Shown: positions 49,033 to 59,219, counted from the first letter of the stretch. The stretch: 64,000 nucleotides of DNA from Polyangiales bacterium (GCA_044229975.1 JBGARZ010000005.1:64001-128000), one strand, 5' to 3'. Numbers and translations are program-made. Notes: a model not told the origin generated them from the letters alone.

Positions 49033-50544
49033 TCAACCGGGGTTCGTAGCACCAGACGACGCAGGGGGTGGAGTGGGGGTCGCGACCCGTGACAGTCGGT
49101 CGAGGTGCCACCGACACAACGCATCCAGTGGGAGCGACGTACCCATCCAGGCGAAGGTCGCGCGCGTTGGCGCTGGCAGGTCACCCACGCACAGACCTGT
49201 GCCCTCGAACGCCTGCTCGTTGAGCCGCCACACCGCCGCGGAGAACTCGTGCACCCGCTCCGGCGGGATGCAGCACCGCACCGACGGATCGACGTACGGC
49301 AGCGCATACGGGGCGCGCCCGATGCCACCATCGGGCAGGGCGATCACCAGGCCGCCGTCGTCGGATCCGAGGAGGAAGTCGCGACTGTCGGCCACGTCCT
49401 CACCGGGCTCCTGGGTGAGTGCGAGCCGCGTCTCCCCCACACGCACCGTCGACGGCAGCAGCGCACGCACCGCGTCGAGCGTCGCCCCGCTCACCCGATC
49501 ATCGTCGCGCAGCGCGTAGTCACCCGGAGCGAGCGCGCTCACCTGCTCGGCGAGGGACGCGTAGCCGGGGCGCGCGACGTGGCCGAGTGACTCGTACCCA
49601 CCGGGCGCGAAGAGACGACTCAGCGCGACGTTGCTCGCGGCCGGAAACATCGGGTCGAGGCTGATGACGGGGACGTCGTCGACGGGCTCTTCCCAGGGCG
49701 CGACCCGCACCGCGACCGTCGATGCGAGCAACGCGCGGAGGCTCGACTGGAAGCGCGCGAATCCCGCGAGCCCGAGCGTCCGCACCGCCCGCGCGTCCTC
49801 GACGCGGAGACAGAGACGACCCCGCGCGGGAGGAGACCACACGGGAGCACGGAGCATTCGCGATGAGGCCGGGTGGTCGCCATCTGCCCACAGCACTCGC
49901 GGATGATGGCCCAGGCGTGCGCGCCATCGGTCGAACTCCGTCGACGCACCCGGTCGGCCCACCACCACGCACCCGCCGCGCTCGGTGAACGCCAACGCGA
50001 AGCGCGCGTTGTCCCCGCCGCACACATAGAGCACCTCGACGCGCGGGTCGACGTGCGCCCGGAGGTACGTCCGTAGCCGCGCCGCGACGTCGGTGAAGTT
50101 CACGGAGACGCGGCGGTGGAGGGCTTCCCAGGGGTCGACGGAGAGCCAGTCGCTCGTCGCCACCGCCTCGGCGCACTCGCGCAGGCGCACCGACGCGGGC
50201 ACCGCGCCCGCGCCGCACTTCAGGCGGAGGTAGTCGTCGTGCCCGGGCGAGAGGTAGCCGCCGACCACGGTGTAGCCAGTGGCCTCGGCCGCGTCGCGGG
50301 CGTGCTCCATCATCGCGAGGTGGCCCGCGTGCACCGGACAGAACCCGCCCGTCGAGAGCAGCACGACGGGGCGCTCACCGGAGACGAAGCGCTTCGGTCG
50401 CGGGGTGCAGTGCCAGTCGACGTCGTCGAGCGCGGCGTCGTCGGGGTCGTCGTCGAAGAAGAAGCCGGCGTCCCACACGGCCTGCTCACCGAGCCGGGCA
50501 GCGAGCGGAGCGAGGTAGGGGTCGCGGGCGATCTTCCAGTGCAT
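49033..50544 (-). CDS. NMN/NaMN adenylyltransferase-like protein with C-terminal PRTase-like motif
   Basis: GGFCPVHAGH (HxGH), VGGYLSP.HDDY, VDPWEA; C-terminal LRDDDRVSGATL. Confidence 0.7.
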   Translation of the reverse strand: MHWKIARDPYLAPLAARLGEQAVWDAGFFFDDDPDDAALDDVDWHCTPRPKRFVSGERPVVLLSTGGFCPVHAGHLAMMEHARDAAEATGYTVVGGYLSPGHDDYLRLKCGAGAVPASVRLRECAEAVATSDWLSVDPWEALHRRVSVNFTDVAARLRTYLRAHVDPRVEVLYVCGGDNARFALAFTERGGCVVVGRPGASTEFDRWRARLGHHPRVLWADGDHPASSRMLRAPVWSPPARGRLCLRVEDARAVRTLGLAGFARFQSSLRALLASTVAVRVAPWEEPVDDVPVISLDPMFPAASNVALSRLFAPGGYESLGHVARPGYASLAEQVSALAPGDYALRDDDRVSGATLDAVRALLPSTVRVGETRLALTQEPGEDVADSRDFLLGSDDGGLVIALPDGGIGRAPYALPYVDPSVRCCIPPERVHEFSAAVWRLNEQAFEGTGLCVGDLPAPTRATFAWMGTSLPLDALCRWHLDRLSRVATPTPPPASSGATNPG

Positions 50545-52217
50545 CACGAGCGCCCGTCGGGAACCGCTTCGTACACCACGTCGGCGCGGATGATGGTGCG
50601 CTCGCCCGGTCCGTCCCAGCGGGCGACGTCGTGGCAGAGACGGTGGTCGAAGACGAGCGCGTCGCCGCACACCGGGTGCACGGCGGCGATGACCTCGTCA
50701 TCGCGGGTGTCGCGGCTCCAATCGCCGTAGTCGCGCTTGTCGGTGGGGAGGTGCTCCTGCCCGTCGCGGACGAAGCGCGTGGCCCCGCTCGCGGGCGCGT
50801 CGGTCAGATAGAACACCACCGACATCAACGTGCGCCGCCCGTCGCCGTAGTCGTAGCCCGCGTCGTAGTGGCAGAGGTGCCTGCCGCCCGGGTCGTAGCG
50901 CATGAAGCGCAGCAGCGGCGAGAGTCCCACCACGCGCCACGATCGGCGGCCCGGGGCATCCGTGTGGTCGCGCGGGCCCACGAAGCGCACCGACGGGACC
51001 ACAGGCGCCAGTCGTTGCCACAGCGCCGCCGCGAGCGCTGGGGACCAGGCCGTGGCGCGCACCGACCCGACGCCGTAGCTGTCGCGAACGCCGGTGACGC
51101 CGACGGGTTCGGCGCAGCCCGAAGCCGCCATCGCGTCTCGGAGGCGACGCGCATCGTCACGGGTGAGCGCGCCGTGGAGCACCCTTGCGATGCCGGCAAC
51201 ACCCACCACCGTCGTCCACGCGGGCAACCCGACGAGCGGGTCGAGTTCGATGGGCGGCGGGTCCCACGCGCCCGGTATGGCGCCCGGTGGTGGGCGTCGC
51301 TCGGTGCGCCCGGCGAGAGCGGTGTTGTCCCATCCGCCGGGGACGCCACGCGGCATCACGTCGAGGTGCACCGCGGGCGAACCGACGCGGTACTTGTGGG
51401 CGTTGACGGCGTGCAGTCGATCGACCGCAGCGGTCGCTTCGTGTCCCGCGAGCGTGGGGTCGCGACCGAGCTCACGGAGGCGCAGCACGGCCTCGACCAC
51501 GTCGTACGGGGCGCCGATCATGGCCTCGTCGGAGCGGCCGTCGAAGACGTCTCCCGAGGGTGTCGCGTCGACGACCTCAGCGGGGACTCCGAGGCGGAGA
51601 GCGAGCGCGCGCACCTCGGACTTGTGGAGGTCGGAGATGGGCTGGAGGTCGACCATGGCGTCCGACGCCTTCCCGAAGAAGCCGAGGTAGGCACCCTCGT
51701 CGCGGTTGGTGGTTCCGACCACGACGGCGCGGAGGCCGTGGGCCTGGAGGAGGGCCGCGGCCCCGTAGAGCGCGGGCGTGCGAACCACGCTCAAACACTG
51801 CCCCTCCGACCACGCGTCGAAGGCCATCCCCGACGCGCGCGAGAGCGACCCGACGATGGCCGCGAGCCCGTCGGTCAGCGGCGCCTCCCACGCCTCGGCA
51901 CCCAGCGCGGCAGCCACGCGACGACCCCGCTCGGTGGCCTCGGTCTGCGCGGTGGCACCACGACCTCCGACCGGCATGAGCAGCGCCACCACGCGCCGCA
52001 GGGGAGAGCCCTCCAGCGAGGCCACCGCGCGAAGGAGAGCGAGCACCAGCGCCGAATCGACCCCACCGCTGACGCCCACCACCGCCGCGTCGAGGCCCTG
52101 CTCCACGAACCAACGAGCGATCCGTCCGACCTTCGCGGCGGCGACCTCGGCGGCGTCGAATCCCCGCACCACGCGGAGCCGATCGACGACGCGCGTGGAG
52201 GTCTGCCCCTCGCTCAT
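50544..52217 (-). CDS. nadE: NAD+ synthetase (NadE-like) fused to 2OG-Fe(II) oxygenase domain
   Basis: VGVSGGVDS, GTTNRDE..LGFFGK..D, PISDLHKSEV; C-terminal RFMRY..G..HYD, VFYL, GATRF, GDALVFDH..H, RAD. Confidence 0.8.
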   Translation of the reverse strand: MSEGQTSTRVVDRLRVVRGFDAAEVAAAKVGRIARWFVEQGLDAAVVGVSGGVDSALVLALLRAVASLEGSPLRRVVALLMPVGGRGATAQTEATERGRRVAAALGAEAWEAPLTDGLAAIVGSLSRASGMAFDAWSEGQCLSVVRTPALYGAAALLQAHGLRAVVVGTTNRDEGAYLGFFGKASDAMVDLQPISDLHKSEVRALALRLGVPAEVVDATPSGDVFDGRSDEAMIGAPYDVVEAVLRLRELGRDPTLAGHEATAAVDRLHAVNAHKYRVGSPAVHLDVMPRGVPGGWDNTALAGRTERRPPPGAIPGAWDPPPIELDPLVGLPAWTTVVGVAGIARVLHGALTRDDARRLRDAMAASGCAEPVGVTGVRDSYGVGSVRATAWSPALAAALWQRLAPVVPSVRFVGPRDHTDAPGRRSWRVVGLSPLLRFMRYDPGGRHLCHYDAGYDYGDGRRTLMSVVFYLTDAPASGATRFVRDGQEHLPTDKRDYGDWSRDTRDDEVIAAVHPVCGDALVFDHRLCHDVARWDGPGERTIIRADVVYEAVPDGRS

Positions 52218-52269
52218 GACCGGACCACCGACCCAACCTGAATCCACCACCGCGCGGGCGCTCCTCAGG

Positions 52270-53844
52270 TCAGGAGCATCCCTCATCGACGATGCCGTTG
52301 CAGTTGTCATCGCAGCCGTTGCACCGCTCGCGCGTTCCCTGGCTGCACGCTCCGCACGCCGGTGTTGGCGCGACCGGGGCGTTGGCCGCGGGCTCGTCCT
52401 GGGCTCCGGGATACCCCGTTTGCCGCTGCCAGTACCTCGGGCGACGACGCCAGGGGCGCGGCCCCGCTTCGACCTGCGGCACGGGCTCCGGGGCCACGAC
52501 GGGGGGCGGCGCCGGAAGCGGCGCGGGCTCGGGCTGCACCGCGGAGTACGGCGGCGGCGAGGTCGGCGGCGGAGCGGCCGGACGCACGACCCGCGGCGGG
52601 GTCGGTCGCGCTGCCGGTCGAGCGACGGGAGCGCGCGGTGCAGGCGCCGACGGTACCTCCACCGAACTCGGCGGCACCACCGGCGCCACCACCGGGGCGG
52701 GCGCTTCCACGATGGGCCGATGTTCGGTCACCGTGGGCGCGCTCGACGCCAGCGACGCGCGCGGCGGCGCCTCGGATCGCGTCGCCCGAACCACCGCCCA
52801 CGCCCCGAAGCTCAGCGCCGGAACCAGCACCGCCGCCGCAACCACCGCCACCGACCACGCACGCCGCGGTCGCACCGAGCGCGCGACGTCGCCCAGCACC
52901 GGCCGCCACGGAACCGACGGCTCCCCCACCGCCGTCGGCGCGACCGCCGCCGCCGACGTCGACAGCGCGAGGAAGCCCGCGATGCACGGCTCGGCGCTCG
53001 GATACCGCTCGGCCGCGTCCCTCGCCACGCACTTCGCAAACCACTGGTCGAAGCCCGCGGGCAGCTTCACCGCGAGGCCCAGCTCGGCGACGCGCACGCT
53101 CGCCGTCACCAGCGGCGCGGCGAACATCTCCATCAGCACCACCTGGAGCGGCGCGTCTTCGGTCGCGCACTTCCAGTACGAGCGCCCCGCGAGCAGCGCG
53201 AACCCGATGAGCCCGAGCGCCCATACGTCCGTCGCCGGGGTGATCAGCCCGCCGTGGGTCTGCTCGGGCGCCATCCAGAGCGGCGTGCCCAATCCCCCGA
53301 GCGTCGCGCCCGTGGCCCGCGTCTCCTGCATCACCTTCGCGATGCCGAAGTCGAGGATCTTCACCGTCGACCCGATGCCCTCGCGCCGCGTCTCCGCCAG
53401 GAAGAGGTTCTCCGGCTTCAGGTCTCGATGAACGATCCCCAGCCGGTGCGCCCTCGTCAGCGCGTGCCCTGCCTGCCGCATCACGTCCTGCGCCTCGCCC
53501 AGCCCGAACGCCCCGCGCTCCAACAACTTCGCCGCGAGGTCACTCCCGTGCAGCAGCTCCATGGCCATCCACGGGATGTCCATCTGCGGGTCGACTCCAG
53601 CACCGACCACCTCCACCACGTGGTCGCTCGCGATCTTCGCGCCGAGCCTCGCCTCCTGCGTGAAGCGCTCACGCAACGACGCGTCGTGGAGCATCCGCGG
53701 GTGCATCACCTTGAGCGCCCGCTGCTTCCCCGTGGAGAGCTGCTCGGCCACGTACACCGAGCCCATGCCCCCTTCGGCCAGGCGCTTCACGATGCGGTAG
53801 TCCCCCGCAAACACCGACCCGGGCATGAGCAGCGACGGCACCAT
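52270..53844 (-). CDS. Hanks-type Ser/Thr protein kinase, membrane anchored
   Basis: EGGMGSVY, ALKV, HRDLKPEN, DFG, APE; TM; C-terminal ERCNGCDDNCNGIVDE motif. Confidence 0.93.
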   Translation of the reverse strand: MVPSLLMPGSVFAGDYRIVKRLAEGGMGSVYVAEQLSTGKQRALKVMHPRMLHDASLRERFTQEARLGAKIASDHVVEVVGAGVDPQMDIPWMAMELLHGSDLAAKLLERGAFGLGEAQDVMRQAGHALTRAHRLGIVHRDLKPENLFLAETRREGIGSTVKILDFGIAKVMQETRATGATLGGLGTPLWMAPEQTHGGLITPATDVWALGLIGFALLAGRSYWKCATEDAPLQVVLMEMFAAPLVTASVRVAELGLAVKLPAGFDQWFAKCVARDAAERYPSAEPCIAGFLALSTSAAAVAPTAVGEPSVPWRPVLGDVARSVRPRRAWSVAVVAAAVLVPALSFGAWAVVRATRSEAPPRASLASSAPTVTEHRPIVEAPAPVVAPVVPPSSVEVPSAPAPRAPVARPAARPTPPRVVRPAAPPPTSPPPYSAVQPEPAPLPAPPPVVAPEPVPQVEAGPRPWRRRPRYWQRQTGYPGAQDEPAANAPVAPTPACGACSQGTRERCNGCDDNCNGIVDEGCS

Positions 53845-53945
53845 CCCACCCTCCGTAGAGCCGTCTCACGCTCAGCGCCATGGCGCGCCTGACCGCGGTG
53901 CTCACCACAAACACAGCGGTGAATCGACGACCCGCGCGGAGAGTC

Positions 53946-54554
53946 TCAGCCCGACCGCAGCAGCGCCTCGGCCAGCGCCGCCCGCCGCGCCCGCTGGGTG
54001 CCCGCCGCCAACACGATGGCCTTGAGCTCCTCCACGGCGACGTAGAGGTCGTCGTTGACGATGAGGTGATCGAAGAGGCCGTAGTGCGAGACCTCGCCGC
54101 GCGCGTTGCCGAGGCGCCGCTTGATGGTCTCGGCCGAGTCGGTCTGCCGATTCGACAAGCGTCCTGCCAGCACCTCCCAGGACGGCGGCAGGACGAACAC
54201 CGCCACCGCCTCGGGGATCGCCGCCTTCACCTGCCGGGCCCCCTGCACGTCGATGACGTACACCACCCCGCGGTGCGTCCGGCGAGCGTCGCGCACCCTC
54301 GCCATGGACGTCCCGTAGCGCTGGCCGTGGACGTCGGCCCACTCGCAGAGGTCGCCGTCCGCGATCATCCGGTCGAAGGCCGCGTGGTCGACGAAGTGGT
54401 AGTCACGCCCGTCGACCTCCCCCACCCGCGGCGCCCGCGTCGTGTTGGACACGCTCTGTACCAGCCACGGAAACGCCTCCAGCAGGTGGCGCACCAGGGT
54501 CGTCTTTCCCGCCCCCGACGGCGACGTCACGATGAGGTGCAGAAACCCGTCCAT
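53946..54554 (-). CDS. gmk: guanylate kinase
   Basis: SPSGAGKTT, TTRAPR.GEVDGRDY.F, YGTS, IDVQGA. Confidence 0.95.
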   Translation of the reverse strand: MDGFLHLIVTSPSGAGKTTLVRHLLEAFPWLVQSVSNTTRAPRVGEVDGRDYHFVDHAAFDRMIADGDLCEWADVHGQRYGTSMARVRDARRTHRGVVYVIDVQGARQVKAAIPEAVAVFVLPPSWEVLAGRLSNRQTDSAETIKRRLGNARGEVSHYGLFDHLIVNDDLYVAVEELKAIVLAAGTQRARRAALAEALLRSG

Positions 54555-54558
54555 CGCC

Positions 54559-55425
54559 TCACTCCACGTTCTGCGCCTGCTCTCGCATGCGCTCGAGGTC
54601 AGCCTTCAGCGCCACCACGCCCGTCGTCACCGCCGCGTCGGTGGCCTTCGCGCCCAGCGTGTTGGCCTCGCGCGCCATCTCCTGCAGCAGGAAGTCCATC
54701 CGCCGACCGATGGCGCCGCCCTCCGCGAGCAGCAAGCGCATCGCCTCGACGTGCGCCCGCAGCCGCGTGAGCTCCTCGGTCACGTCCGACCGCTCGCTCC
54801 ACAGCACCACCTCCTGCACCAGCCGCGACTCGTCGACCGACACGCCCGCCAGCGCCGCCAGCACCCGCTGCCGCGCCCGGTCGCGCAGCCGCGCCGTCAT
54901 GCCCTCCGCGCCCGCAGCCGCCGCCTCGACGCCGCGCGCCACCGAGTCCAGCAGCCCCTCCATCGCCCGCAGCAGGTGCGCCCCCTCGCCCACGCGGCTC
55001 TCCTCGAAGCGCGCCACCGCCGCCGTCAGCGACGCCTCCAGCGCCTCACGCGCCTCGCCCGGCGCAAAGGCCGACGCCCCACCAAACAGATCGGGCACCG
55101 CGCCCAGCACCGACAGCGGAACCCGCTCGGCGTACCCCAGCGCATCCGCCATCCGCTGCATCGCGTCGAGCGTCGCCCGCGCCCGCGCCTCGTCGAATCC
55201 CGCACCACCCCCCAGCGCGCCTTCGAGGTGGCCGCTCACGTCGACCCGACCGCGCGACAGGTGCGCCCGCACCCGCTGCTCGACGAAGACGCTGTGCTCG
55301 ACGAGCTCGCGCGGCAAACGAACGCGCACTTCGAGGTAGCGGTGGTTCACCGCACGGAGTTCGAGCGAGACCTTCGCGCCGCCGAGGGGAGCGCCACCCG
55401 CCCCGAAGCCGGTCATGCTCCGCAC
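54559..55425 (-). CDS. yicC: YicC/YloC family endoribonuclease
   Basis: SMTGFG, AVNHRYLE, GRRMDFLLQE..REANT, REQAQNVE; adjacent to gmk. Confidence 0.92.
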   Translation of the reverse strand: MRSMTGFGAGGAPLGGAKVSLELRAVNHRYLEVRVRLPRELVEHSVFVEQRVRAHLSRGRVDVSGHLEGALGGGAGFDEARARATLDAMQRMADALGYAERVPLSVLGAVPDLFGGASAFAPGEAREALEASLTAAVARFEESRVGEGAHLLRAMEGLLDSVARGVEAAAAGAEGMTARLRDRARQRVLAALAGVSVDESRLVQEVVLWSERSDVTEELTRLRAHVEAMRLLLAEGGAIGRRMDFLLQEMAREANTLGAKATDAAVTTGVVALKADLERMREQAQNVE

Positions 55426-55439
55426 GGGTCAGTGACCTC

Positions 55440-56378
55440 TCAGGCGCTGACGGGGTTGGCGCGGTACCAGTCGATGGCCTTCTTCAGACCAGCGCGCAGG
55501 TCGAACAAGATCTCGTACCCGATGAGCTTCTGCGCCGCCGTGATGTCGGCCAGCGAGTCGCGCACGTCGCCCACGCGGCCGGGGCCGTACTCGGGCGTGA
55601 CGTTGGTGCCGAGCTCTTCGTTGATGAGCTTGATGAGCGAGTTGAGCGACACGCGCGCGCCGCAGGCCACGTTGACCACCTCGCCCGCCGTGGTGGCCTT
55701 GGCCGCCAGGAGGTTGGCGCTCACGGTGTTTTCGATGAAGCAGAAGTCACGCGTCTGCTCGCCGTCGCCGAAGATGATCGGCCGACCGCCGTTGAGGATG
55801 GTCGTCACGAAGCGCGGGATGACCGCGGCGTACTCGCTCTTCGGATCCTGCCGCGGACCGAAGACGTTGAAGTAGCGCAGCGACACCGTCTCGAAGCCGT
55901 AGATGCGACCGAACACCGAGACGTAGTGCTCGCCCGTCAGCTTGCTGATGGCGTAGGGGCTCATCGGCCGCGGGGTCATGGTCTCGACCTTCGGCAGCGT
56001 CGGCGTGTCGCCGTAGGCGCTGGAGCTGGCGGCGTAGACCAGCTTGCGGACGCCCGCGAGCCGCGCGGCGTTGAGCACTTCGACGGTGCCGCCCACGTTG
56101 GCGCGGTTGCTCGCCACCGGGTCGGCCACGCTGCGCGCCACGCTCGGAATCGCCGCCTCGTGAAACACCAGCTCGACGCCGTCCATGGCGCGGCCGATGG
56201 CGTCGGGGTCGCAGATGTCGCCCTCGAAGAAGGTGATCTGCTTCTTCACGCGCTCGATGTTTTCGCGCTTGCCGGTCGCGAAATTGTCGATGACCCGCAC
56301 CTCGGCGCCCTGCGTGAGCAGCGCGTCGATGAGGTGACCGCCGATGAAGCCCGCCCCGCCCGTGATCAGCACCTTCAT
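55440..56378 (-). CDS. NAD-dependent nucleotide-sugar epimerase/dehydratase (extended SDR)
   Basis: TGGAGFIG, ASSSAYG, SPYAISK, LRYFNVFGPRQ. Confidence 0.92.
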   Translation of the reverse strand: MKVLITGGAGFIGGHLIDALLTQGAEVRVIDNFATGKRENIERVKKQITFFEGDICDPDAIGRAMDGVELVFHEAAIPSVARSVADPVASNRANVGGTVEVLNAARLAGVRKLVYAASSSAYGDTPTLPKVETMTPRPMSPYAISKLTGEHYVSVFGRIYGFETVSLRYFNVFGPRQDPKSEYAAVIPRFVTTILNGGRPIIFGDGEQTRDFCFIENTVSANLLAAKATTAGEVVNVACGARVSLNSLIKLINEELGTNVTPEYGPGRVGDVRDSLADITAAQKLIGYEILFDLRAGLKKAIDWYRANPVSA

Positions 56379-56389
56379 GCGAACGCCCT

Positions 56390-56707
56390 CTACTGCTTCT
56401 TCGGGGCGAACAACGCCGCCAGCTTCGACTTCGCCTTCAGCTCGCCCTCGTTGCTGCCGGGAGAGCCGTTCTTGAACGTGAAGAACGAACAGAAGTTCGC
56501 CGCCTCACGGTCGGGGATGTACTCGGTGATCTTCTCGCGGCACTGGTTGTGGGCGCTCACGTCCCAGTACTCGCAGTTCTTGCAGCACTGGAGGTCGGCG
56601 CCGCAGTGCGTGCACTGGTCTCGGCGGCCCATCTTGACCTCGAAGACCAGCTCGTTTTTGCACTTGTGGCAGAAGTGCTTCTTCTCATCGACCTTGGGAA
56701 TCCACAT
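56390..56707 (-). CDS. small Cys-rich (zinc-binding) conserved hypothetical protein
   Basis: CHKC, CTHC, CKNC, ANFC. Confidence 0.8.
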   Translation of the reverse strand: MWIPKVDEKKHFCHKCKNELVFEVKMGRRDQCTHCGADLQCCKNCEYWDVSAHNQCREKITEYIPDREAANFCSFFTFKNGSPGSNEGELKAKSKLAALFAPKKQ

Positions 56708-56730
56708 GGCGGTGGTCTCAGCTCTCGTGA

Positions 56731-57243
56731 TCAGGTGAGGCCGCGACGGCGCTTCACCTGCTCCGTCACGCGCTGATATTCAACCTCCCAGGTGCGGGTG
56801 CCCTCCTGGAAGTTCTTGATCTGGTCGCGGACCTCCTTGTCGAGCTCCTCGTCCGCGGCCATGTGACGCTCCAGCACCTTCTTGCACTTGCGCCGGATGA
56901 CGTCGTCCTCGGAGAAGACCTCCTCGATGTGCGGCGACCGCATCATGAGCTCGAGGATCTGGTTGAGGATGTACGAGATCGCGTCGCCGCCGAGCCCGAT
57001 GTTGCGCTGATCGGCCAGCGTCTTCTTCACCCGCGAGATGTCCTCGCGACCGCCGCCGAGCTGCTCCACGCGGTCTTTCGCCTTCTCGGTGAGGTCGCGC
57101 TCCATGCGGAGGTACTCGCGCAGGACGGCCTCGATGTCGGCCTCGGCCTCGCGCGCGTTGGAGACCTCGACGTCCTTCTCGGCGGTCAACACCCGCACGA
57201 TGTCCATCGCGATCACCGGAACCTTGCTGGAATAGAGCTTCAT
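56731..57243 (-). CDS. DUF507 family protein
   Basis: MKLY.., LDKEVR..I...EGT..W..EY....KRRRGL. Confidence 0.8.
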   Translation of the reverse strand: MKLYSSKVPVIAMDIVRVLTAEKDVEVSNAREAEADIEAVLREYLRMERDLTEKAKDRVEQLGGGREDISRVKKTLADQRNIGLGGDAISYILNQILELMMRSPHIEEVFSEDDVIRRKCKKVLERHMAADEELDKEVRDQIKNFQEGTRTWEVEYQRVTEQVKRRRGLT

Positions 57244-57315
57244 GCAGGCGAAATCGTATGCCCCGCAGCCCCGGCGGGTGTCAACGCGCGAGTGACGTAC
57301 TTCGCACCGTCGTAG

Positions 57316-57996
57316 CTACGGCTGCACCGCCCCGGCCTGGCCCATGTTGGCGACCCGCTGCCGCAGCCGCCGCAGGAGCTCGGGGAAACCCCGATCGCGG
57401 ATGATGCGGGTGTATGCCTCGCGGTAGCTCTGCACCAGCGACGACCCGTTGGTGACGAGGTCGTGGACCACCCACCCGGTGCCCCGCGCCGACAGGCGGT
57501 ATTCGATGTTGACGGGGGTCGCGCGGGGGTTGGTGCGCGAGCGGGCCACGGTCCGAACCACCATGGTGTTGTTGGGCCCCGCCTCGGCGGGCGAGTAGTT
57601 CACGGCCCAGTCCAGGGTGGAGTCGAGGTTGTTGCGGTAGTTGCGCTCGATGAGCTGCCGCAGCAGCGAGACGAACTCCGTCTGGTCGGCGGGCGTCTGC
57701 TGCTCGAAGTGGGGCGCGAGCGCCGCGCGACCGAGGGCCTCGACGTCGAGCATGTCGTTGAGGATGCGCGCCACCTGCGCGTCCCTCGTGGCGATGGCAG
57801 CCGTGCCCGCATCGGCGCCCGTTCGTAGCAGGCGACTGACGGCGGCGTGCCGGGTCTCGACCCAGCGTCGCGCATCCCCCGCGGCCGCGGTGGGCGGCGT
57901 CGGCGGCGCGGGCTGCGCCGAGGCGGGCAGCGCGGACAAGAGCAATGCGGTCGAGAGCAGCGCGGACTTCAAGCATCGGGGAAGGATCATCGTCAT
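57316..57996 (-). CDS. MlaC/Ttg2D-like phospholipid-binding protein
   Basis: Signal peptide; IEYRL...W.VHDL..NGSSLV.SYR; GGAGG RBS. Confidence 0.85.
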   Translation of the reverse strand: MTMILPRCLKSALLSTALLLSALPASAQPAPPTPPTAAAGDARRWVETRHAAVSRLLRTGADAGTAAIATRDAQVARILNDMLDVEALGRAALAPHFEQQTPADQTEFVSLLRQLIERNYRNNLDSTLDWAVNYSPAEAGPNNTMVVRTVARSRTNPRATPVNIEYRLSARGTGWVVHDLVTNGSSLVQSYREAYTRIIRDRGFPELLRRLRQRVANMGQAGAVQP

Positions 57997-58079
57997 CGGG
58001 TTGTACCTCCGAACTCGCGGTGGACGTACGACGGCCATCGGTGGATTCATCGCGACTGCGGTATGGTGCTGCCGTTGCC

Positions 58080-59219
58080 ATGACACCAGCGGGAACCCCG
58101 ACGCGCGCCCTCCGCGCGATGCTCGCCTTCTCCCTCGCCGGGTGCGGCGTTGACGCCGAGCTGCCGACCACGGACGAAGCCCCGCTCGTCGACGCGGTCA
58201 CCGTCGACACCAGCACCCCCGCGGCGCGGGCCCAGTACGACGCCAACGTGTCCTTCGCGCGGCGCTACCGGGCGCGGTGTGTTGCGGGCGCGTCGCCCCG
58301 CCCGAGGGTGCTCGTCACGGGCTTCGGGCGCTTTCTCGACAACGTCACCAACGTGAGCGGCGAGGTGGTGAGCGCGCTCGTCCCGGGGACGCTCTACCCG
58401 ATGACCGAACGCCCGCCCGTGGGGACGGTCGACGACCCCGCGCCGCAGACGGCGGTGACGCAGGCGACGGTGACCCTGCCCGGCGTCGGCGCCGTCGACG
58501 TGTGCGCCATGGTGCTGCCCGTGTACTGGGACCTCGCGGCCATCCTCGCGCTCAAGGAGGCGCAGACCTTTGCGCCCGACCTCGTGGTGATGAACGGCAT
58601 CGCCGGCCCCGCGCAAGACCTCTGGCTGGAGCTCGGCTCGGTCAACCGCGCGATGGTGCTGCGCGACGGGTCGGACACGCTGGTGCCGCGCGCGCCGACG
58701 GGGCGGTCGTACGCGAGGTTGGTTCCGTCGGCGCTGGAGAGCGACAACCTGCGGGGGATGTTGCTGTCTTGGGACGACGTTCGCGCGGCGGCGGAGCAGC
58801 GCATCGCGGCGGCAGCGGAGGTGACGAGCGACGGTCGCGCGCTGCGGGATGTGCTGCCCGGCGTGAAGTTCGGCGGCTTCCCGCGCGATGGCAACACGTA
58901 CCTCTGCAACAACATCAGCTACGTCGTGAACTACGCGATGGACCACCCGGGTCGCGCGCTCACGCTGTTGCAGGCGAGCGTCACGCGCCGCGGGGTTCCC
59001 AACCGGGTGACGGTGCAGGTCGACCGCGATCTGCGGCGGGTGCCGAGGGTCTTCGTTCACTGGCCGTCGCTGCTGGCGGGCGAGCAGATCAACGCGGGGG
59101 CCGATGTCCTGCGCGCGATGATCGACGCCCAGCTCGCGGCCCTCGACGGAAGAGGCTCCGCGCCCACCCGCGGCGACAACGCGCGGGCGGAGCTGATGGC
59201 GAGCGGCGAGACGTTCTAG
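58080..59219 (+). CDS. pyroglutamyl-peptidase I (C15)-like lipoprotein
   Basis: LAGC lipobox; VLVTGFGRF, TYLCN, FVHWP. Confidence 0.75.
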   Translation: MTPAGTPTRALRAMLAFSLAGCGVDAELPTTDEAPLVDAVTVDTSTPAARAQYDANVSFARRYRARCVAGASPRPRVLVTGFGRFLDNVTNVSGEVVSALVPGTLYPMTERPPVGTVDDPAPQTAVTQATVTLPGVGAVDVCAMVLPVYWDLAAILALKEAQTFAPDLVVMNGIAGPAQDLWLELGSVNRAMVLRDGSDTLVPRAPTGRSYARLVPSALESDNLRGMLLSWDDVRAAAEQRIAAAAEVTSDGRALRDVLPGVKFGGFPRDGNTYLCNNISYVVNYAMDHPGRALTLLQASVTRRGVPNRVTVQVDRDLRRVPRVFVHWPSLLAGEQINAGADVLRAMIDAQLAALDGRGSAPTRGDNARAELMASGETF

